Source of the DNA: a virus
Lineage: Duplodnaviria > Caudoviricetes
Length of the DNA stretch: 64,000 nt
IMG/VR virus record: IMGVR_UViG_3300035502_000313
Coordinates: 148,183-212,182 of that record
Reading direction: 5' to 3' (one strand)
Shown here: piece by piece, positions 20,627 through 30,057 of the stretch
Layout of the letters: the number at the start of each line of letters is the position of its first letter
How positions within the stretch are numbered: the first letter of the stretch is position 1
Position numbers and translations under genes: made by a program
Notes under the pieces: generated by a model
What the model was told of the DNA's origin: nothing
The model's input: the letters and a program-made list of their open reading frames with translations, nothing else
The model's database searches: none

Positions 20627-22657
20627 ATGCCAGTAATCGGTGAACAGATTAGCCGTAAGCCTGGTTCTGCGGGTTATACCCACGATCCTATGGCTGGTTT
20701 TGCAAAAGAATTTTTAAGTCTGTCTAACTCAATTCTTGAAGAAGCTAGACTAGATTTATATGAAGATACATCAAAGGTTCTTAGAAAAGGTATTTCTGAC
20801 GAGACATTAAAGAGCTTCTTTATGGAGAACTCTGCTGATCCTCGTGGAATGACAACTGAAGAATATGAGGATCATATGCTCATGATGGAGCAGATGTATG
20901 AAAATGATAAGGAAGCAGTTCTTGAACACTGTGGTATGGGACAGTACAACCCTGTTGTAGGTATGACATTCCCTATCCATAAGAACATTATGCTTAACAA
21001 CATCTTTGACAAGGGTGCTATTCCTAAGTTTGTTGCAACTTCTCCTAAGTTCACAGTAAGCATGGAAACAAGATGGCTTATTGACCCTGAAACAAATGAG
21101 AAGATTGATATGTGGAGAGAACAGTTTAAGATGACAGATGCTATTGATAAGGCAGCTCCTCTTAAGACTCTTTATCTACCTTTACCAGAAGCACAGAATA
21201 CAAATGTAATCGAAACATTATTCGGTGTTCCTGCAGACCATAATACAAACCTTTCTATCGAATCTCACCTTTCTGGTCTTATCGGTAACAAGGTTGTATA
21301 TCCTGGTCAGACTATCAGAATCGTTGTTGAGAATTCTGATTCTGCTACAACTCCTGCTACAGTTACATATGAAGTAGTTAAGTATACAAATACTACTGAA
21401 AAGGCATATGTAATTCCTACTGACACACCTACAGATCTTGCAGATCAGCTTCCTGAAGTTGAGGATACTGTAACTCAGACTGTTATCGGTGGTGTATTTG
21501 ATTGGAGAGGTCCGTTCACTCCTGCATATGGCGGTTATGATCGTCAGATTTGTGAGCAGTACGCACTTCCTCTAGTAACATCTGTAGCTGAAGGTACTCT
21601 TCCAAGCACTTGGAAGTTAACTGTAACTCTCGCAGATGGTTCTACAGTTGACATTGATAATACAACTGATGAGAATGCTATTCCTGGTCAGTACAGAACA
21701 GTTGGTTTTGTATCTGGTTTCACAAAGGATAACAGATTTGGTCTTACAACTTCTAATGCAAGTGTTCTTGGTGTTCTATTAACATCTAGACTTGACACTT
21801 CTTCTGCTATGCTTAAGACAGCTTCTGTATCTTGGGATGTTCGTACAGACATTATCGAAATTCCTAATGCAGTTCCGATTAATGTTACAATCAGCCCTGA
21901 AGAAGTTAAGGATATCGCTGCACTCTATCAGATTAATCAGCTTACTAAGATTATGTCTCTCATGAAGATTTCTCTTGGTAACTACAAGGATGATAAGATT
22001 CGTCGTCAGCTCGATACAAGCTTCCTTACAATGCCTGATGATTCTAAGATTGCACGTCAGTTTGACTTTGCTCCTTCACAGAGCTATGCACTTGATCCTA
22101 TTGAATGGCGTCATAAGACATTCATGGATGCTCTTGATACTCATGCAACACAACTTCTCCATGTATTAAATGATCCTAACGTTACATTCAATATCATTGG
22201 TCGTGATGATCTTATCAGAAAGATTACTCCTACAGATTATACATATCAGTCTCCTTCTGCAATTGGTCCTGTTCAGCTTGACTTTGTTAAGACTGTTGTT
22301 ACATCTGATAAGAGAACATATCAGTTCATTAGCTCTGATAAGCTTCGTGATAGCAACAACCTCATGATTATCGTTTGCCCAAGAAACTCTGAGAGATTCA
22401 TTTACAGAATTTATGATTATCAGATGTATCTAAGCAATGAAATCAGAAACATCACTAACCCAGCTCTTCCTGCAGTTCATGCATTCGAGAGATGGATTAT
22501 GAGAGATTACCAGCCGGTACAGGGACGTATCAGAATCCTGAATCCTACTGGTCTACGTAACTACAGCACTGATTATGCATTCAACAACGATCCAACAGGT
22601 CGTGGTGACGGCATGAGAAGCATTGGTAAGAACGATTTCAATATCGATGCTATCTAA
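20627..22657 (+). CDS. Major capsid protein
   Basis: 676 aa with strongly biased codon usage; N-terminal E-rich propeptide-like region; SPEEVKDIAALYQINQ and PALPAVHAFER patterns; own promoter and terminator. Confidence 0.75.
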   Translation: MPVIGEQISRKPGSAGYTHDPMAGFAKEFLSLSNSILEEARLDLYEDTSKVLRKGISDETLKSFFMENSADPRGMTTEEYEDHMLMMEQMYENDKEAVLEHCGMGQYNPVVGMTFPIHKNIMLNNIFDKGAIPKFVATSPKFTVSMETRWLIDPETNEKIDMWREQFKMTDAIDKAAPLKTLYLPLPEAQNTNVIETLFGVPADHNTNLSIESHLSGLIGNKVVYPGQTIRIVVENSDSATTPATVTYEVVKYTNTTEKAYVIPTDTPTDLADQLPEVEDTVTQTVIGGVFDWRGPFTPAYGGYDRQICEQYALPLVTSVAEGTLPSTWKLTVTLADGSTVDIDNTTDENAIPGQYRTVGFVSGFTKDNRFGLTTSNASVLGVLLTSRLDTSSAMLKTASVSWDVRTDIIEIPNAVPINVTISPEEVKDIAALYQINQLTKIMSLMKISLGNYKDDKIRRQLDTSFLTMPDDSKIARQFDFAPSQSYALDPIEWRHKTFMDALDTHATQLLHVLNDPNVTFNIIGRDDLIRKITPTDYTYQSPSAIGPVQLDFVKTVVTSDKRTYQFISSDKLRDSNNLMIIVCPRNSERFIYRIYDYQMYLSNEIRNITNPALPAVHAFERWIMRDYQPVQGRIRILNPTGLRNYSTDYAFNNDPTGRGDGMRSIGKNDFNIDAI

Positions 22658-22697
22658 TCAGTATTGAATAATAATTCATATTAATTAGTCTTTATAT

Positions 22698-22732
22698 CCG
22701 CCTAGTGTCTGGTTAGGCACTAGGTGGTTTTT
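22698..22732 (+). terminator. Intrinsic terminator after capsid gene
   Basis: CCGCCTAGTGTCT-GGTT-AGGCACTAGGTGG-TTTTT. Confidence 0.85.
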
Positions 22733-22757
22733 ATAAAATTTGAAAGGAGGATTATTC

Positions 22758-23966
22758 ATGATTAGACAAATCAGATATGATTTTTCTGACTTAGAAATGG
22801 CTTGTGCTGAAATCATTGATACTGATGGACGAAAAGGTTTAGATAAACTCAAAAAAGAATTAAATTTATTCTTTAAAGATTCTACTTGTAAGAATATTGT
22901 ATTTACACGTTCTGATACACTATTCTTTGGTATGTGTGTATATCCACAAGTTACTAAAGAATTAGTTATGGAGATTCTTCAAGATGAAAAAAAAGTAAGA
23001 TTCAAGGAATATTCTATAGAGATTGATTCTAAAGTTCTTCATCCTTCATTAATGATTACTCCTCAAGAACTTCTTGCTATGCTTCTTCATGAAATTGGAC
23101 ATATTGTAAATGATTCCGCACCTGTAGATGAAGTAAGAAAAGTTATTGCACTTGACCTTACTAAGAAGGGTGATGCTTTAAATATACCTAAGACTGCTCA
23201 GTATTATACTATAATTAGTTATGGTATTAAAGATACTGTAAGAAGATTAACATCTATGTTCTTTGTATATAGAAATGGAGAGGTTCTTGCTGATGAGTTT
23301 GTTCATATGTGTGGATACGGTGAACAACTTAATTCTATATTTGAAAAGATTTGTAAGTCTGGTATGAAAATTAATGATAAGTCTGTAAATAAACTTACAT
23401 CTTTAGCATGGACTTTATCTGTATATAAAGAAATAAAAATTAAGAGAATTCCTGCTATTAGACTTCTTGAAAAGATGCATAGTATTTCTGGTTCTCAATT
23501 TGAAAAACGTGAAATGGAAATCATGAAAAATGCTATTAGTACTATAGATGACAGTAATGTTCAAGAATGCTGTGATTATACTAATAGAGATCTATACTAT
23601 ATATTCAATGAAAATAAGACAGAAGTTAAGCAAAGTAAATATGCTGAACTAAGAAAAGCTTCTGCTATAAAAAATATTCGTAAGTTTGAACAAGACTTAT
23701 ATGAATATAAAATGCGTATACGTCATGTAGCAGATGAGGACGATGCATATTATCTAATGCGTATGGTTAATATGAGAATATCTGTTATAGAAGATTTTCT
23801 TGACCATGAACGTCTATCCGAGCAGGAACATAAACGTTGGTGGGGTCTACTTGAAAAGTATTACTCTTTAAGAGAAGAACTTGCTACTACAACTACATAT
23901 AGATATGACTATAGTGACAGTCTCATTGTTGTAAAGTATCCTGAGGTTAAACCTGGTCGTATGTAA
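22758..23966 (+). CDS. Zincin-like metalloprotease (HEXXH)
   Basis: LLHEIGHI plus downstream EVLADEF; ATG at 22758 after AGGAGG. Confidence 0.7.
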   Translation: MIRQIRYDFSDLEMACAEIIDTDGRKGLDKLKKELNLFFKDSTCKNIVFTRSDTLFFGMCVYPQVTKELVMEILQDEKKVRFKEYSIEIDSKVLHPSLMITPQELLAMLLHEIGHIVNDSAPVDEVRKVIALDLTKKGDALNIPKTAQYYTIISYGIKDTVRRLTSMFFVYRNGEVLADEFVHMCGYGEQLNSIFEKICKSGMKINDKSVNKLTSLAWTLSVYKEIKIKRIPAIRLLEKMHSISGSQFEKREMEIMKNAISTIDDSNVQECCDYTNRDLYYIFNENKTEVKQSKYAELRKASAIKNIRKFEQDLYEYKMRIRHVADEDDAYYLMRMVNMRISVIEDFLDHERLSEQEHKRWWGLLEKYYSLREELATTTTYRYDYSDSLIVVKYPEVKPGRM

Positions 23967-23967
23967 A

Positions 23968-24036
23968 CAAAAAAAAACAACCACGCTTACACGCAGCTGT
24001 TTTTGTGATGACACTGGTGTAAGAGCCAGTGTCATC
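23968..24036 (-). terminator. Double hairpin/terminator after 24032..24559
   Basis: GATGACACTGG/CCAGTGTCATC stem, then AACAGCTGCG/CGTGGTTGTT stem with a long T tract. Confidence 0.75.
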
Positions 24037-24559
24037 TTTGTTGTTGCTCAAGTTGAGCAACTCTTGCCTTGAGCATTGCGTTTTCATTTGCAAGGTGATT
24101 AAAGCTTATAAACAAATTATTATTGTTCATAGCATTAACATTGCTAACAAGATTGTTCACATAGGTTACTAGTTCATTTACATTATTAATCTGAACGCCA
24201 TTAACGTTCCCATTAATAATATCTGTTAGAATTTTCAAAGTATCAAGAGCATTAATTCCCTCAATGATTTTGTCACCAAGTTGAGTTTCATTCAGAAGTC
24301 CATACTTCTGAACAATCGCTGTCATAATCCCATTCATTCTAACATCTGAATCCATAACGATTGATTCGAAGTCTTTTTTGACTTTCTCTATGTCAGCCTT
24401 GACAATATTAGAATTTCCTGGATACTGACAGATATTCGGTACATTATTTAGTAAGTTCTTACACTCTTTATAGAGTTCAGAAACACTAAGACCGGAATCG
24501 ATCAAATTACCCAATGTGTTAATAACACTTGCAAATTTTGCATATTTTTCATCTAACAT
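24032..24559 (-). CDS. Hypothetical protein, C-terminal coiled coil (early-type promoter)
   Basis: 175-aa ORF with AAGGAG RBS; motif TATATAAT-ATAG-GTG at 24642-24628. Confidence 0.7.
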   Translation of the reverse strand: MLDEKYAKFASVINTLGNLIDSGLSVSELYKECKNLLNNVPNICQYPGNSNIVKADIEKVKKDFESIVMDSDVRMNGIMTAIVQKYGLLNETQLGDKIIEGINALDTLKILTDIINGNVNGVQINNVNELVTYVNNLVSNVNAMNNNNLFISFNHLANENAMLKARVAQLEQQQR

Positions 24560-24657
24560 AAAAATATCTCCTTTTCATATGTGTGAAAATAAATTTTGAG
24601 AGGACAATGGACTTGTCCTCTCTCTTACACCTATATTATATACAACTAATATATTTT

Positions 24658-25365
24658 TTAATCTAATAAAGAACCCTTGTTATTAGAACCATTAAAACTT
24701 CTACCTGAAGAACCAGATGCTGTGCTTGTATCTGTTGCAGTCTGAATCTTATTATTGGTATTAACAGCATAATCTATTCTATTAGATGGCTCATATCTAA
24801 GCATCATAAATGATAATGCTGTATTCGCATATCCAATCATATCTAATTTAGATAGAGTATAATATAATCCATCAAAAGTATCTAATGATATCTGTACAGG
24901 TTCTGGATTATTTAAATATAAATCTAAACATGGCTTATCTCCAAGTTCATTTTTAAATACGCCTGGAGCTATTCTTAATATCTTATCCATAGGTAATTTA
25001 ATATAACTACTATCTTCAGATATAACCTGCAAGCTATTATCTAAATATCCGTATATATTGTTATTGCCTATACCAAACCATGTCTTTTTTGCATATTCAA
25101 ACATACTTAACAATGTAAACATATGCTCTGGATATATGCATATTTTTTCTGATTTACCACCTCTTCTATCATCTATAAAAAGATAATAACTTAATGTTCT
25201 TTTTATCATTGTATTACATGTTTGATTATTATTGAGCTTGAATTCTGAACAATTAGAATAGGTTCTTCCATTAGTATTGATAGAAGCTACAGTTTTAAAC
25301 ATGAGTTTAATATCTTCATTTATTGTATATATAACATCATGCATATACATATAATCACTTTGCAT
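24658..25365 (-). CDS. Hypothetical protein
   Basis: 235-aa ORF with GAGGTG RBS; AACT-ACATAC-TA promoter at 25390-25379. Confidence 0.7.
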   Translation of the reverse strand: MQSDYMYMHDVIYTINEDIKLMFKTVASINTNGRTYSNCSEFKLNNNQTCNTMIKRTLSYYLFIDDRRGGKSEKICIYPEHMFTLLSMFEYAKKTWFGIGNNNIYGYLDNSLQVISEDSSYIKLPMDKILRIAPGVFKNELGDKPCLDLYLNNPEPVQISLDTFDGLYYTLSKLDMIGYANTALSFMMLRYEPSNRIDYAVNTNNKIQTATDTSTASGSSGRSFNGSNNKGSLLD

Positions 25366-25403
25366 ATTCTCACCTCTTTAGTATGTAGTTTAGTCTGGTG
25401 TAA

Positions 25404-26957
25404 TTACCACCAGACTTTATTTCCGTTTTTATCTATTCTTTCAAATGGCATTTTACCATGCTCTTTGAATCTCTTTTCCATAACATTGAAAGCTGTATTC
25501 TTCAATTGAGTTTTGTTAAATACAATTTCTTTTGTATCTAATGCATATTTATCATACATAGATAGTGATTGTTTATAATAATTTGTTATGGTTTTAACAG
25601 ATGTGTCTACTACATCTATATAGAATGAGTTATATGCTCTAGTTCTACCAAACCTCTGTTGATTTTGAGGTGGTGATTTTGTTGGTTCAGCCATATTAAT
25701 GCAAACCATTAAATCTTTTATATCAAGACAAGCTCCAGCAGATTTAGATGTTGTTAATATGATTGTATTGTCTTTAGCACTATCTTTATCTGGATTGATA
25801 GAAGTATATACTCCTATATCATTAGAATACTCTGAGTAGTTATATCTAATCCAATTATAGAAAAATACTACAGCATTGTTAGTAGCAAAGAAGAATAACT
25901 TCTTACCTGGAATAGCACTAATCATATCCATAACTATTCTAGATATATAATCAAAGTTCTCTCTTAATATAACACTATCACAATACATAGTCTTACTAAA
26001 TCCGTGCAAGTTATGACATCTAGTAACATCATCGACTGTCATACCACTCTTATATAGTAATGCTATATAATGAGTATGAGGATCATTCTCTGTATCAAAC
26101 AAATCCAACATAGGAACACATTTGAAGTATTCTTGATATGCTCGGTTTTGTTCATCATCTCCTCTACACGGAGTAGCTGTTAAATAAAGTGTCTTATATA
26201 CAGGACTAGCATAATCAAGATTCCATATATTCTCAAAATTCAAATGAGCTTCATCTATAATCTTTAGTCCTATACCTAACTTTCTAAACATAATATCAAT
26301 ACTTTCCCAGCCATTCTTTTTAGCATAAGTTGCGATTGTATCATGTGTTATCATAAATATCTTACAGTTATCATATTTATTATCAGAAGTTAGGATACTT
26401 ATTATACCACTAGAACCTGATATAAATTTTATCTCAGACGATACTATATTAGTATGCTCCAATATGCTGTCCTTCCATTGATTCAACCAACCAACATTAG
26501 ATGTTATAATGATAGTCTTTACATTTAATAGTGCAGTATATACAAGTCCTAAATAAGTTTTTCCTGCACCTGTATTCAATGCCAAGAATAACTGATTATA
26601 TTTCTTTGTATATTTATATTCTCCATTACCAGATAAGAACTTCAATGCTAATGCTTGTTTCTCATCCTTTGGTGGATATTTGATTAGAATTTGGTTAGAA
26701 TTATGCTTTGGTTTTATATAACAACCATTCTCATAGAATACATTATAACCTGCAATGTTTTCTATTTTGCTTATACTCATTCCTCTAGGAATAGTATAAG
26801 TCTTGTTTATTCTATCATACATAGCACCTACTGTTTTAAACATGAACATATTCTTATCATAGATATCGAATATTGATTCTAATGCTGGGATATCTCCAGG
26901 TGTATAGTTATTAATAACTATTTTGTTATGATAGACAACAATCTTTCTGTTATCCAT
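25404..26957 (-). CDS. Superfamily 2 (DEAH, UvsW-like) helicase
   Basis: Walker A LNTGAGKT, IIDEAH, LTAT, motif VI QRFGRTR; likely start MDNRK after GGAGGTG. Confidence 0.9.
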   Translation of the reverse strand: MDNRKIVVYHNKIVINNYTPGDIPALESIFDIYDKNMFMFKTVGAMYDRINKTYTIPRGMSISKIENIAGYNVFYENGCYIKPKHNSNQILIKYPPKDEKQALALKFLSGNGEYKYTKKYNQLFLALNTGAGKTYLGLVYTALLNVKTIIITSNVGWLNQWKDSILEHTNIVSSEIKFISGSSGIISILTSDNKYDNCKIFMITHDTIATYAKKNGWESIDIMFRKLGIGLKIIDEAHLNFENIWNLDYASPVYKTLYLTATPCRGDDEQNRAYQEYFKCVPMLDLFDTENDPHTHYIALLYKSGMTVDDVTRCHNLHGFSKTMYCDSVILRENFDYISRIVMDMISAIPGKKLFFFATNNAVVFFYNWIRYNYSEYSNDIGVYTSINPDKDSAKDNTIILTTSKSAGACLDIKDLMVCINMAEPTKSPPQNQQRFGRTRAYNSFYIDVVDTSVKTITNYYKQSLSMYDKYALDTKEIVFNKTQLKNTAFNVMEKRFKEHGKMPFERIDKNGNKVWW

Positions 26958-26979
26958 TTCTATCACCTCCGAAATTAAT

Positions 26980-27006
26980 GAGAACCACCTTTATATGGTG
27001 GTTCTC
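26980..27006. terminator. Hairpin/terminator after the RNAP beta' gene
   Basis: GAGAACCACC...GGTGGTTCTC. Confidence 0.65.
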
Positions 27007-27016
27007 GATTTTTATA

Positions 27017-29242
27017 TTAACCCATGAACTTAAATAACTTATCTGTATTAGATTCAGATTCAGTAAGAGGCTCTTCTGATAAGAACTTCTGAGGCTGTAC
27101 CATATACAATAAATCATATGCGGAAGGCTCATGTTTCTTGAATGATAAAGGAGAATAAAGCATTCTTGCAATATCCTCTGACTGAAGTGATATACTAATA
27201 TTTGGATGAGTACTGATAGCCTTTTTAAGAGTAAGAATCTGATAATTAGTTTGTTCAGGAACAGACCAATCAGGCATACTAATAATATCATCTCCAGAAC
27301 GAATCTGATTCATAATAATGATTTCAAGATGAACACTCATTATATTATCAAGTCCAATGTTATTAAGTTTATTACTAAGAGTTTCAAGGAATGTCTCAGC
27401 AGTATAACTATCTGTATTAGCCTTAAGGTTAATAACTTTAATTACAGATTCAAGTCTTTCACTCATATCATCATTATGAATAGAACCAATTGTAAATAAA
27501 GGATTATTATCACCAATAAGAGCAGATACTGGAAGAATAATATCTTCATCAATATCATTAAGATTCTTTAACTTGATATATTCTGTAAGCCAATCACTAA
27601 GATAGAAATTATCAACATTAGAAGTTTTGATTGGATATTCTTCTCCAGTTGAGTCATTTCTCAGATAGAATATATTGATATACTTCATTGTATCTTCGAA
27701 GCTTGTATCAATATCATCATCATTCTCGTCATTCTCAAGAGATGCAAGAATCTCTTCTTGAATATCTCCATCTCTAATAACAAGTTTCCATTTCTTTACA
27801 TCTTCAAATTCTGGATTAATAAATATTGTTCCTTCATCAACCATGATAAACTCAGAAATCTTTTCTTCAGATAAACATGAAGTATCAAAAGTAACACTAT
27901 TAATTTTAGCTTCAAGAAGATGTTTAGCAGACAACATCATCTGTGTCAATGGTTCTGTAAGGTTAGTTACACTATATACTCCAATCTTTACAGCTGGAAC
28001 AATACTATATAATTCTCCCATACATTTACGACAAATACCAAGTCCCATTGCTGCTGACTTACACTTAATAGGACTTCTAAGATAAATCTCTTTTCCAATA
28101 AGGTCAGAGTTATCTCTCATAGCTTGATATACATTGCTGATTCTTTTTTCCATTCCAAAAGGATTAAGACGATAATATCTATCAGCAATTTTCTTAAGTG
28201 CAGTTTCATCACTTACCTTATATTTAAGAAAGTTTCTTGTACCACAATCATAAGAAGGATCAAGTTTATTTGTATACGGAATAGTATACTTATTCGTCTG
28301 AGAACAGTTCAATGTCATTATTCGAGAGAACTGTCCTGAACGAGCAGTATTTTTCTTTGAAAGAATCTGTGCAATACGTGCAATCAGAGACTCAAGAATA
28401 TGAAATGCAACATTATTTGCACCTCCATTAATATAATTGGTATTAACTACATATGGGAAGATACCTCCTTCACCATTTGGTTTAACACCAATATTAGTAT
28501 ACATTTCACGAGCCTGTTTAGGTTTGATACCTTCTTTAGCACGGAATGCATCTGACAAACAATGGTCACGACCAATATACTGTTTAGCATTAACGATATA
28601 ATCTACAAGTCTATTCATATCATTAAGTGCTTCAGCATTCATTTGTTCTACTGGGAACTGAGAATAATAGTTAGTTTTGTGTCTATCCATTATCTCTTTG
28701 AATCCAGGACAATTGTTATACATAAGAATAAAGTCCTCATTATTGATACTATTATTGAAGAACCATGCAAATTGGTCAACAAACTTAAGGTTTCTCAAAG
28801 TATCATAGATAACTCTATTAAGGTTATGAATGATCATAACATCATTGTTCTTACCACATTCCTCTCTTACAGGAATAATAGCAAACTTATCAATGTACTC
28901 CTTAATATAACCATTAGTAATACCGTCCTTATTAAAGAAGACATGATAAGGTTTAATTTTCTGCTTGGTTTTTATTATAAAACCCCAAACGATAATGTTT
29001 GTTAAGGCATATGCAAGAGGAAGCCTTACACTCATTCCGTTGTCAAAAACGAATTCGATTTTTGTATTCTGAACTGATGTTATCTCAATATAGTCCAGAA
29101 ATACATCTTTAAGATTGTTTGTATAGTCATCAATGGTTTCTTCAGTGATGTCTGATACATTGATACTAATAGGTTTACCGTATACCACTGGTGTAAAGAT
29201 ACCATAATCGTATACAGTTGTTTCAGGTGAGTTATTATTCAT
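27017..29242 (-). CDS. rpoC: Multisubunit RNA polymerase beta' C-terminal subunit (probably non-virion RNAP)
   Basis: Bridge-helix region KNTARSGQFSR, DCGT, Zn site LRSPIKC...GICRKCMG, trigger loop EPLTQMMLSAKH, SVHLEII..NQIR; early-type promoter 29318-29304. Confidence 0.9.
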   Translation of the reverse strand: MNNNSPETTVYDYGIFTPVVYGKPISINVSDITEETIDDYTNNLKDVFLDYIEITSVQNTKIEFVFDNGMSVRLPLAYALTNIIVWGFIIKTKQKIKPYHVFFNKDGITNGYIKEYIDKFAIIPVREECGKNNDVMIIHNLNRVIYDTLRNLKFVDQFAWFFNNSINNEDFILMYNNCPGFKEIMDRHKTNYYSQFPVEQMNAEALNDMNRLVDYIVNAKQYIGRDHCLSDAFRAKEGIKPKQAREMYTNIGVKPNGEGGIFPYVVNTNYINGGANNVAFHILESLIARIAQILSKKNTARSGQFSRIMTLNCSQTNKYTIPYTNKLDPSYDCGTRNFLKYKVSDETALKKIADRYYRLNPFGMEKRISNVYQAMRDNSDLIGKEIYLRSPIKCKSAAMGLGICRKCMGELYSIVPAVKIGVYSVTNLTEPLTQMMLSAKHLLEAKINSVTFDTSCLSEEKISEFIMVDEGTIFINPEFEDVKKWKLVIRDGDIQEEILASLENDENDDDIDTSFEDTMKYINIFYLRNDSTGEEYPIKTSNVDNFYLSDWLTEYIKLKNLNDIDEDIILPVSALIGDNNPLFTIGSIHNDDMSERLESVIKVINLKANTDSYTAETFLETLSNKLNNIGLDNIMSVHLEIIIMNQIRSGDDIISMPDWSVPEQTNYQILTLKKAISTHPNISISLQSEDIARMLYSPLSFKKHEPSAYDLLYMVQPQKFLSEEPLTESESNTDKLFKFMG

Positions 29243-29326
29243 TTTATATACCTCCTAGATATACATAGATTATTTGATAGTTTTTGAATATGTCATTTCC
29301 TATCATATCTATAATATATCAATAAG

Positions 29327-29403
29327 AAAAAAGTTGAGCAGTAGCCGAAGCCACTGCTCTGCTCAAGAAAGGAATGTACTCTATAGTAGAAGAAATCTAC
29401 TTT
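29327..29403 (-). ncRNA. Candidate sRNA B (anti-RBS antisense RNA)
   Basis: Promoter AACA-TATATG-TA (29414-29403), 5' hairpin AGTAGA/TCTACT, seed CATTCCTTTCTTG, cUUCGg terminator with T6. Confidence 0.55.
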
Positions 29404-29418
29404 ACATATATGTTATAA

Positions 29419-29877
29419 TTAGTGTCTTGTTTTACCCATTTCTTTAGGCTGGAGCTTAGGTGTAGAAACAGCCTTAGCACCCTGACCAGAAACATACATA
29501 CGCTGACCCTTACGAGCAGCAACCTGTGCCTTACTAGCATACTTCTTCTTGATAGCAGCTAAAAGCTTACGTTCCTGAATACGATTCTTAACCAACTTCT
29601 TCCAAAGAGTGTCGTTGTTGTCCTTAGCAAGCTGTAAAGCAGCCATACCTGTACGACGTGTAAGATCATCATTCTTATTAAGTCTTACAATTGTCTTTCT
29701 GCTAATCTTCTTAGCTTCCATAAGAACATCTGCCTGCTCAAGAAGTTCACGCTTGTCGGCATCAGAATCAGAATAATGATCATCATAGAAGAAAGCTTCC
29801 TGAAGCTCATCCATATTTAGATTCATTGTAATTTCCTGAGAATCAGCTATTGCTTGTGCGTTTGTATAAAGTCCCAT
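29419..29877 (-). CDS. Small virion/head protein with acidic N-terminus and basic C-terminus
   Basis: LQEA, LLEQ, LMEA sites followed by a K/R-rich region; late-type promoter 29973-29962. Confidence 0.6.
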   Translation of the reverse strand: MGLYTNAQAIADSQEITMNLNMDELQEAFFYDDHYSDSDADKRELLEQADVLMEAKKISRKTIVRLNKNDDLTRRTGMAALQLAKDNNDTLWKKLVKNRIQERKLLAAIKKKYASKAQVAARKGQRMYVSGQGAKAVSTPKLQPKEMGKTRH

Positions 29878-30057
29878 TTCGGATATCCTCCTTTATAAAA
29901 TATGTATTTATTAATTGCAATTAAAAGAAATGTATGATATATCATACTAATCAGTCTTTTTTATATTATTGTTCTGTTTTTAAAGAGTGAATAACAATTT
30001 GATAATAGATTACTGATTTAACGTAATAAGTAATCTGAGAATAGGAGGAAATATAAA

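Noticed and set aside
29380-29402. TCTACT/GTAGA hairpin resembling a Cas12a repeat (RNA anti-CRISPR idea)
   Set aside because: Arm order and flanks do not match AATTTCTACT-N-GTAGAT; single short match.
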